From contig JAXDLE010000004.1 of NCBI GenBank assembly GCA_034666725.1, positions 1 through 48,703 of the forward strand: a stretch of 48,703 nt of DNA, given 5' to 3'. The number at the start of each line of letters is the position of its first letter. Position 1 is the stretch's first letter. Made by a program: the position numbers and the translations under genes. Below, in pieces: positions 42,526 to 48,703 of this stretch. The notes under the pieces are model-generated. The model did not search any database, was not told where the DNA came from, and saw only the letters and a program-made list of their open reading frames with translations. The stretch comes from Chloroflexota bacterium (GTDB lineage: Bacteria > Chloroflexota > Limnocylindria > Limnocylindrales > CSP1-4).

Positions 42526-44097
42526 ATGGATAGGCTGCGCGAACGGCGCGACCGGCTGGCTTTTCAGCAGCTCGACCTTGTGCTGCTCGTTACCGGCCTG
42601 GCCCTCACCCTGCTGACATTCGCATTCCTGAACGACCCGTCGCTGTCGTTCGCACTGCTTGATCGCTCGACCGATGTCGCGGTCAACTCGCTAACACTGC
42701 TGGCCGCGGCGAGCCTGGCGGCGCTAGCGCTGGCGCGCTACCGCGAGTCCGGCCGACTCGCCGGCCTGTTCCAGAGCAGCGCCTTCCTGCTGCTCGGCTG
42801 GGTGGCGTTCGTCAACGTCGCGGTCAACGTCCTCAAGGTCGAGACGCAGTTCGGCCTGTCGCTGGGCGGCGAGCCCGAACAGCTGCCGATCTACATCGCG
42901 ACCATCTCGCGTCTCGCTGCCGGCGCGATCCTCGTCGTCGCCGGCGCCGCCGCGGTCAACATGGTCCGTCGCACACCACGCGTCCGGCGAACGTTGCTGC
43001 TGCCGGCGGTGACGCTCAGCGTAATCACGGCCGTGCTGTACCTGATCCGTACGCAATTTCCGAACCTTGACGGCCTGCTCCCGCCGTTCATCGGCCCGGC
43101 CGGCATCCACGACATGATCGACCTGCCCAACTTCGCAGGGCCGCTGCCCGACGTGACCGGTCTGGCGACGCTCATCCAGGCCGCCAGCGTGGCGATCTAT
43201 CTCGTCGGCGCATGGCTGTACCGACGCTCATACCTGCGCGACGGCCCGGTCGCTGACGGCTACCTCGCCGTAGCGATGCTCGTCGGCGCTTTCGCCGAGG
43301 TCCACTTCCTGTTCTACCCGGGTGTCTACGGCGGACTGGTAACGACCAGCGAGGCGCTGCGGCTGATTTTCTTCGTGGTCCTGCTGCTGGGCATCAACGC
43401 CGAGTCGCGCTCCGACCTGCGCGCGCTGCGCACGGCCTACGCAGCGCTCGACCGGTTGCGCCTGTCCGAGGCCGAGCGGGCCACGCTCGAAGAACGGACG
43501 CGCCTGGCCCGCGAGCTGCACGACGGTCTCGCGCAGGACCTGTGGTTCGCGAAGCTGAAGCACGAGCGGCTGGTGCCGTTCGTGCCCGAAGAGCAGCGGC
43601 CACTCGCGACCGAGGTGACCGAGGCGCTCGACTCGGCCATCGCCGAGGCCCGCCAGGCGGTCGTGACGATGCGCGCAGAGGACGACCGCGACATCTCGCT
43701 CGAGGAGCTGCTCGGGCGGGCCGTCAACGACTTCGCCGGTCGATCCGGCTTGCGCGCCGACTTTTCGGCCGCCGACCTGCCCCAATCGCTCGCGCCGCGC
43801 ACCCAGGTCGAGCTGCTGCGCGTCCTACAAGAGGCGCTGACCAATGTGCGCAAGCACGCCGACGCGACCGTGGTGCGCGTCAACGCCGAGGTGGGCGACG
43901 GCCAATTGCAGCTGAGCGTCATTGACAATGGTCGGGGCTTCCGGCCGGGCGAGACGAGCGGCGATGGAGTTGGCATGCAGGGGATGAAGGAGAGGGCACG
44001 ACTGATGGGCGGCGAATTGCGCGTTGTGTCCGAGCCATCGGCCGGCACCGCGCTGCACCTGACCGTGCCACTAGGCCAAAGCGCGGTCGCATCGTGA
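42526..44097 (+). CDS. Sensor histidine kinase, NarL-partner type (HisKA_3 + HATPase_c) with a polytopic N-terminal sensor
   Basis: The H-box is RLARELHDGLAQDLW. The N-box is LQEALTNVRKHADAT. The G-boxes are DNGRGF and GVGMQGMKERARLMGGEL. About 6-7 N-terminal TM helices are predicted. The ATG at 42526 (MDRLRERR) is preferred to the track start at 42421. Confidence 0.88.
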   Translation: MDRLRERRDRLAFQQLDLVLLVTGLALTLLTFAFLNDPSLSFALLDRSTDVAVNSLTLLAAASLAALALARYRESGRLAGLFQSSAFLLLGWVAFVNVAVNVLKVETQFGLSLGGEPEQLPIYIATISRLAAGAILVVAGAAAVNMVRRTPRVRRTLLLPAVTLSVITAVLYLIRTQFPNLDGLLPPFIGPAGIHDMIDLPNFAGPLPDVTGLATLIQAASVAIYLVGAWLYRRSYLRDGPVADGYLAVAMLVGAFAEVHFLFYPGVYGGLVTTSEALRLIFFVVLLLGINAESRSDLRALRTAYAALDRLRLSEAERATLEERTRLARELHDGLAQDLWFAKLKHERLVPFVPEEQRPLATEVTEALDSAIAEARQAVVTMRAEDDRDISLEELLGRAVNDFAGRSGLRADFSAADLPQSLAPRTQVELLRVLQEALTNVRKHADATVVRVNAEVGDGQLQLSVIDNGRGFRPGETSGDGVGMQGMKERARLMGGELRVVSEPSAGTALHLTVPLGQSAVAS

Positions 44098-44107
44098 GGA
44101 GGGAGCG

Positions 44108-44770
44108 ATGAGCCCGCTCGACGGCAAGCTCCGGGTGATGCTGGTGGACGACCATGCGCTGGTCCGGTCGGCCGTGCGCCAGGCAATCGCGGCCGATGAC
44201 GTGGAGCTTGTCGGTGAAGCCGCCAATGCCCAGGAGGCGCTGGCGCTCGCACCCGTGCTGCGCCCGGACATCCTGCTGCTCGACATCGACCTGCCGGGGA
44301 TGAACGGCATTCAGCTCGTGCAGGAGCTCGCGCCGCGGCTGCCGCAAACCAAGATCGTGATGCTCACCGTGTCCGCGTCCGAGCGCGATCTGCTCGAGGC
44401 GGTGGCACGCGGCGCCGCCGGCTATCTCACGAAGGATCTTTCGCCCGAGGCGCTGTTGCGCTCGCTGCGCGGGACCCAACGCGGCGAGCTCGCGATGTCG
44501 CGCCGCTTTGCCGCCCGCGCGCTTCAGTACTTTGCCGACGCTGCGCGGCGCGGGCGGCAGGTGAGCGGCCAGGAAGGCGAGCTCATGGCGCTATCGCCGC
44601 GCGAGAACGATGTCCTCGCGATGCTCGCCGACGGACTGACCGACCGCGAGATCGCGGAGGCGCTGACGATCTCGCCGCGCACGGTCGAGACGCACGTCAG
44701 CAACATCCTGCACAAGCTGAACGTGCGCAATCGTGCGGAAGCCGCGCAGCGTTACCGGCAGGGCGACTAA
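44108..44770 (+). CDS. Response regulator, NarL/LuxR family
   Basis: The receiver domain is VMLVDDHALVR...DILLLDIDLPGMNG...VMLT. The LuxR HTH is LSPRENDVLAMLADGLTDREIAEALTISPRTVETHVSNILHKLNV. Confidence 0.92.
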   Translation: MSPLDGKLRVMLVDDHALVRSAVRQAIAADDVELVGEAANAQEALALAPVLRPDILLLDIDLPGMNGIQLVQELAPRLPQTKIVMLTVSASERDLLEAVARGAAGYLTKDLSPEALLRSLRGTQRGELAMSRRFAARALQYFADAARRGRQVSGQEGELMALSPRENDVLAMLADGLTDREIAEALTISPRTVETHVSNILHKLNVRNRAEAAQRYRQGD

Positions 44771-44810
44771 AGGGCGCCAAGCCCACTTGACTGACCAGCG
44801 ATGATGCCCG

Positions 44811-44903
44811 AGGTGGACGGCGGGCGCAGGCAGCGCCCCAGCCAGAGCCCTCTTGGCTCAGAAGACCCGTCGGGGCCCGTCGTCCACCCTTCTTATGTTT
44901 TGC
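44811..44903 (+). terminator. Putative terminator-like structure downstream of the response-regulator gene
   Basis: A 13-bp long-range helix (gtggacggcgggc 44811-44823 / gcccgtcgtccac 44875-44887, one G-U pair) encloses smaller GC hairpins. A U-rich stretch follows (CCUUCUUAUGUUUUG). The large enclosed region makes this atypical. Confidence 0.35.
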
Positions 44904-45052
44904 TCCGCAGCAAGCTGCTGCGCGCAAAGCGGCCAGTCCCTACCGGTCCGGTAGGTGCGGGCCGTTGCTTGCTCCCGGCCTGAGTCACCCTGCGTGGCTC
45001 AGGAGTCAGCCTGATTAACTCAGGCTCGCTAGGTAAGGACGACCGCAGTTGG

Positions 45053-45721
45053 TCAGGCCGCGACGGGTGAGGGCAGATCCACTGCGCTAAGGAAGTTCCA
45101 CCAGGCCTCGAGGGCACGCGTGGTGGCGGCCTCGATCGGCGCCGGATCGGCATCCGCAGCGAGCTCACCGAGCATCTCGCGCTCAGCGCCCGAGTGCTCG
45201 ATGTCCATCACACCGTGGACTGCGAAGAACTTGGTCGAGCGCTTGTCGTCGATGCCGTAGTGCTTGGCCAGGCCGTCGATCTTGGAACCGGCAACCTGCG
45301 GTACCTGGCGCTCATAGGCATACAGAGCAGCGACGCCCTCGGCGACTGACGCGTCGCTCGTCACGTCGAAGTACATGTCGACGAGCGCCTTGGTCGCCTC
45401 GTTCGGAGTCGCGCTCGCGACATCCTCGCGCGAGACACCGACGCCTTCGGCGAAACGCAGCCACAGCTCGGCGTGGTTCTCCTTGCCGTGCTCCTCGTCC
45501 CAGAGGTTGTCGAGGATCTGCTGGCGCGCGGCCTTGTCGGCCGTCCGCGTGTGCAGGGCCGACAAGAAGCGCGGCATAGCCGATTCGAACGCGTAGTACT
45601 GGCGGGCGTATTCCTGGAGCGCTTCCTTGGGCAAGGTGCCCTCGTTCCAGCGCGTGTAGAAGGGGTGCTTAAGAAGGTGTCGCTCGTCGATCATCGCGTC
45701 GAGCCGGTCAAGCAGATTCAT
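45053..45721 (-). CDS. CADD/PqqC/TenA-like heme-oxygenase-fold di-iron protein
   Basis: Matches are LLKHPFYTRWNEGTLPKEALQEYARQYYAFESAMPRFL...NLWDEEHGKENHAELWLRF and DIEHSGA. The protein resembles the CADD (Chlamydia CT610-like) family by eye. Confidence 0.75.
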   Translation of the reverse strand: MNLLDRLDAMIDERHLLKHPFYTRWNEGTLPKEALQEYARQYYAFESAMPRFLSALHTRTADKAARQQILDNLWDEEHGKENHAELWLRFAEGVGVSREDVASATPNEATKALVDMYFDVTSDASVAEGVAALYAYERQVPQVAGSKIDGLAKHYGIDDKRSTKFFAVHGVMDIEHSGAEREMLGELAADADPAPIEAATTRALEAWWNFLSAVDLPSPVAA

Positions 45722-45763
45722 CGTGTCTTTCTCCTGTGCGCAGCTTCAACTGAGTTTAGCGGG

Positions 45764-46168
45764 CTAGCGCTTGTCCCAGCGCGGTTCTTGCCCGGGCTGA
45801 CCGGTCGCGCCGGTCGACCACGGGTCATGCACCGGTGCCTGCGCTCCAGCCTGCGGCGGTGCGGGCGCCTGCGCGGGCCGCACTGCCGATTGCCACGGGT
45901 CCGACGCAGGCCACGGGTCCTGCGGCGGCCATGCCTCGGCTGCGACGGGCTGCGGTTCCGGGGTGGCCTGTGGCTCGCGGCCAAAGACGTCGCCGCCGGG
46001 CATCCACAGTTCACCGCTCGGGGAGCTGTTGGGGACGTCGGAAGGCTTGATCGCTCCCAGACCCCGCCGCGGCCGCACGAACAGCAGCGCCAGCACGACC
46101 GCGCCCACGAAGAGCGCGACCAGGCCGTAGACGAGCATCGGGTCGGTCGCGACGTTGACCTCGGGCAT
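45764..46168 (-). CDS. Small single-pass membrane protein with a Pro-rich tail carrying DPW repeats
   Basis: The ATG at 46168 (MPEVNVATDPMLVYGLVALFVGAVVLALLFV) begins the hydrophobic helix. The tail contains PQDPWPASDPWQ...HDPWS. The upstream 107 codons of the track ORF are antisense to the deaminase gene and are rejected. Confidence 0.45.
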   Translation of the reverse strand: MPEVNVATDPMLVYGLVALFVGAVVLALLFVRPRRGLGAIKPSDVPNSSPSGELWMPGGDVFGREPQATPEPQPVAAEAWPPQDPWPASDPWQSAVRPAQAPAPPQAGAQAPVHDPWSTGATGQPGQEPRWDKR

Positions 46169-46193
46169 CTCGCGGATGAGTGTCGGACCTAAC

Positions 46194-47528
46194 ATGGCGC
46201 GCGTGCAAGGCCTCGAGCGACCGCCGTTCACCATTCGCGCGCAGCTCATCAGCCCACTCGACGCCGGTGGCAGCACCCATCTGGCCGACGGGCTGATCGA
46301 GGTCGACGCCGACGGGCGCATCGTGCGCGCCGAGGCGTGGCCGGCTGACCCGGCTGAATCGGCTGCTTCGTCCCAGTCGGGCGTGGTTGATCTCCGACCC
46401 ATGGTGGTGATGCCCGGCCTCATCGACCTCCATGCCCACCTGCCGCAGCTGCCCAACGCGGGGGTCGGCGCCGGGCTCGATCTGCTCACGTGGCTCGAGC
46501 GCTACATCTTCCCGCTTGAGCGTGATTTCGATGCCGCGGCGGCCGAGCGCCTGGCGCCACTCGCCTTCCGTGCACTGGCGGCGGCAGGCACTACGACCGC
46601 GCTGCTCTACGGCGCTGTCTACGAGGCCAGTCTCGATGCCTGCTTCGCCGCGGCCGAGACGCACGGCATCCGCCTGGTGCTGGGCAAGGTGATGATGGAT
46701 CGGCTGCGCTACGACGCCACCGTCACGGACAGTGAGGTGCTCGACGCCAGCCTGGCTCAATCGCAGCGACTGATCGAACGCTGGCACGGGCGCGACCGCG
46801 GCCGGTTGCGCTACGCCGTCACGCCGCGCTTCGCGGTGAGCTGCTCGCCCGAGATGCTGCGTCAGTCGGCGGCACTCGCCAAGGCGACCGGCGCGTATTG
46901 GCAGACGCATATCTCCGAGGATCGCCACGAGGTCGACGAGGTCCATCGCCTCTTCCCCGACGCGATCGACTACACCGACGTGTACGACCAGGCCGGTGGC
47001 CTGGGGCCGCAGACAATCCTGGCCCACGCGGTCTATCTCTCGGAGCGCGAGGTCGCGCGTCTCGCCGAGACCGGGACGCGCATCGCCCATTGCCCGGCGT
47101 CGAACCTGTTCCTGGCGAGCGGCGCGATGCCGCTGTCGCGCTACCTCGAGGCCGGCCTCGTCGTCGGCTTGGGGAGCGACGTGGCCGCGGGGCCGGAGCT
47201 GTCGATCTTCGCCGCCATGCGCGCCGGCGCGTACACGCAGAGCGGCGTGCGCACCATGCTCGGCGAAGAGCGGCCCATGTTGAAGCCGCTCGATTGGCTG
47301 CGGCTGGGGACGCTCGAGGGCGCGCGCGTGCTGGGCATGGAGACGGAGACGGGCTCGCTTGAGCCGGGCAAGGACGCGGACTTCATCGTCGTCGACCCAG
47401 ATGCCACGGCGCCGATCGCGGGCGCGCAGGTCGAGGAGGCATCCGACATCGTGAGCCGGCTCATGTACCGGACGCGGCCCGACATGATCGCCGGCACATG
47501 GGTGCGTGGCCGCAGGCTGGCCGCGTGA
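46194..47528 (+). CDS. guaD: Guanine deaminase (amidohydrolase superfamily)
   Basis: Matches are MPGLIDLHAHLPQLPN...LLTWLERYIFPLE, the HISE motif (WQTHISEDRHEV), ILAHAVYL, IAHCPASN and GLGSDVAAG. The ATG at 46194 (MARVQG) is preferred to the track start at 46155. Confidence 0.85.
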   Translation: MARVQGLERPPFTIRAQLISPLDAGGSTHLADGLIEVDADGRIVRAEAWPADPAESAASSQSGVVDLRPMVVMPGLIDLHAHLPQLPNAGVGAGLDLLTWLERYIFPLERDFDAAAAERLAPLAFRALAAAGTTTALLYGAVYEASLDACFAAAETHGIRLVLGKVMMDRLRYDATVTDSEVLDASLAQSQRLIERWHGRDRGRLRYAVTPRFAVSCSPEMLRQSAALAKATGAYWQTHISEDRHEVDEVHRLFPDAIDYTDVYDQAGGLGPQTILAHAVYLSEREVARLAETGTRIAHCPASNLFLASGAMPLSRYLEAGLVVGLGSDVAAGPELSIFAAMRAGAYTQSGVRTMLGEERPMLKPLDWLRLGTLEGARVLGMETETGSLEPGKDADFIVVDPDATAPIAGAQVEEASDIVSRLMYRTRPDMIAGTWVRGRRLAA

Positions 47529-48703
47529 CGGAGCGCGTCGACCTCCTGATCACTGGTGGAACGATCGTCGACGGCACGGGGGTTGCCGGCTACGCGGGCA
47601 GTGTCGCGATCACGGGCGACCGGCTTACGGTATTTCCTGGCGGTGCCGAGACACCTGCAGCAGACAGGGTGATCGACGCGACCGCCAAAGTGGTCGCGCC
47701 CGGATTCATCGACCTCCACTCACACGCCGGCTTGATGATCCTGGCCGACCCGCGCCACGAGCCCAAGGTGCGCCAGGGCGTGACGACCGAGATCATCGGC
47801 GTCGACGGACTGTCGTATGCGCCACTCCCCTCGCGCCAGGACCTGGCCGATCTGATCGAGATGAACGCAGGCCTTGACGGTGCACCAGACATCCCGGCCG
47901 ACTGGGATTCGGTCGCCGCCTACCTCGACCGCTTTGAATCGGCCGTCAGCGTCAATGTCGGTCTCTTGATCGGCAACTCGGCGCTGCGCATCTCGCGCCT
48001 GGGTTGGAACGACGTGGAGGTGACCGCGGCCGCGCTCGCCGACATGAAGGCGCTGCTCGCAGACGCGATGGCCGCCGGTGCCCTGGGTCTGTCGAGCGGT
48101 CTCGACTATCCGCCCGGCGCCTTTGCGGACACCGACGAGCTCGCCGCGCTCACCGGTGAGGCGGCGCGCCACGGCGGCTTCTACCACACGCACGTGCGCT
48201 ACCCGCTCGGTGATCGCTACCTCGATCCGTTCCGCGAGGCGATCGAGATCGGCCGCCGTGGCGGCGGCCCGAGCCACATCACCCACTTCTATCACCGCGA
48301 GACACACCCCGGCGGTCCCGAGCCGCTGCTGGCACTTATCGACGACGCGCGCGCCGAGGGTCTCGACGTGACCTTCGACTGCTATCCCTACGAGTGGGCG
48401 TCGACGCGGCTGCTCATCCAGATGCCGCTGTGGATCCAGGAGGGCGGGCCGCGGCCGCTGAAGGAGCGACTCGCAGACGCGGCTGCGCGCGAGCGGCTGC
48501 GCGCGGAGCTGCGCGCCCGTGGTGCCGCGTATACGAGCCCCGCGGGCTGGGCCGATGTCCGACTCGGCTACTTCGCCAACCCGGACAACCTGCGCTGGGA
48601 GGGCATGACGCTGGCCGACGTCATGGCCGAGCGCGGCGTCGACGCGGTCGATGCGATGTGCGACCTGCTACTGACGGAGAACCTGCGCGTCAACCAGGTC
48701 ACG
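47525..48703 (+). CDS. D-aminoacylase / N-acyl-D-amino-acid deacylase family amidohydrolase (3' end truncated by the window)
   Basis: This gene is not in the ORF track because no stop is reached. I translated 393 codons by hand with no stop. The GTG at 47525 overlaps the guaD stop (GTGA). Matches are DLLITGGTIVDGTG, APGFIDLHSHAG, VRQGVTTEIIGVDGLSYAP, GALGLSSGLDYPPG and FYHTHVRY. Confidence 0.85.
   Translation, partial: MTERVDLLITGGTIVDGTGVAGYAGSVAITGDRLTVFPGGAETPAADRVIDATAKVVAPGFIDLHSHAGLMILADPRHEPKVRQGVTTEIIGVDGLSYAPLPSRQDLADLIEMNAGLDGAPDIPADWDSVAAYLDRFESAVSVNVGLLIGNSALRISRLGWNDVEVTAAALADMKALLADAMAAGALGLSSGLDYPPGAFADTDELAALTGEAARHGGFYHTHVRYPLGDRYLDPFREAIEIGRRGGGPSHITHFYHRETHPGGPEPLLALIDDARAEGLDVTFDCYPYEWASTRLLIQMPLWIQEGGPRPLKERLADAAARERLRAELRARGAAYTSPAGWADVRLGYFANPDNLRWEGMTLADVMAERGVDAVDAMCDLLLTENLRVNQVT

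Noticed and set aside
1-48703. Mobile elements, CRISPR arrays, prophage or classical defence systems (RM, TA, CBASS, BREX)
   Set aside because: I recognised no transposase, integrase or recombinase motifs, no terminal inverted repeats and no regularly spaced repeats. I also saw no nuclease, methylase or cyclase-effector gene sets. The WYL regulator has no adjacent effector.

Overview
This is a GC-rich, gene-dense bacterial chromosomal segment. I count about 45 supportable protein genes on both strands, many chained by 1-4 nt start/stop overlaps (TAATG, ATGA, GTGA, TTGA). I recognised no rRNA, tRNA, CRISPR array, transposase or integrase. The long antisense ORFs in the track are Arg/Pro/Gly-rich shadow frames typical of high-GC DNA.

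Main blocks, left to right:
1. An NlpC/P60 peptidase gene sits between a long structured leader and a textbook terminator. A long transketolase-family gene, SRPBCC and EamA genes and an aminotransferase follow.
2. An ECF sigma / membrane anti-sigma-like / lipoprotein operon (7.3-10.5 kb).
3. A Rieske/cytochrome b6-type complex operon (11.1-17.8 kb). It is led by a GltD/NfnB-like Fe-S flavoprotein and ends with a cytochrome c-cupredoxin fusion and a membrane-anchored Kelch propeller. This is the most unusual system in the window.
4. PIG-L deacetylase, then a TPP-riboswitch-controlled thiamine salvage operon (thiN, thiB, thiP and thiQ-like genes) with bcp immediately downstream.
5. A region of poorly characterised genes (25.6-33.9 kb). 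It includes an HTH-4xGAF-GGDEF diguanylate cyclase followed by a WYL regulator, and a large secreted/polytopic membrane protein.
6. pntAA-pntAB-pntB transhydrogenase, MFS, GlcD-like oxidase, DUF72, O-methyltransferase and EamA.
7. A NarL-type two-component pair, a CADD/PqqC-like protein, guanine deaminase and a 3'-truncated D-aminoacylase.

Lineage is only an inference. A split b6/subunit IV cytochrome b with the heme-ci cysteine, in very GC-rich DNA, suggests a Terrabacteria lineage such as Actinomycetota or Chloroflexota. All family names come from motif recognition by eye, not from database searches.
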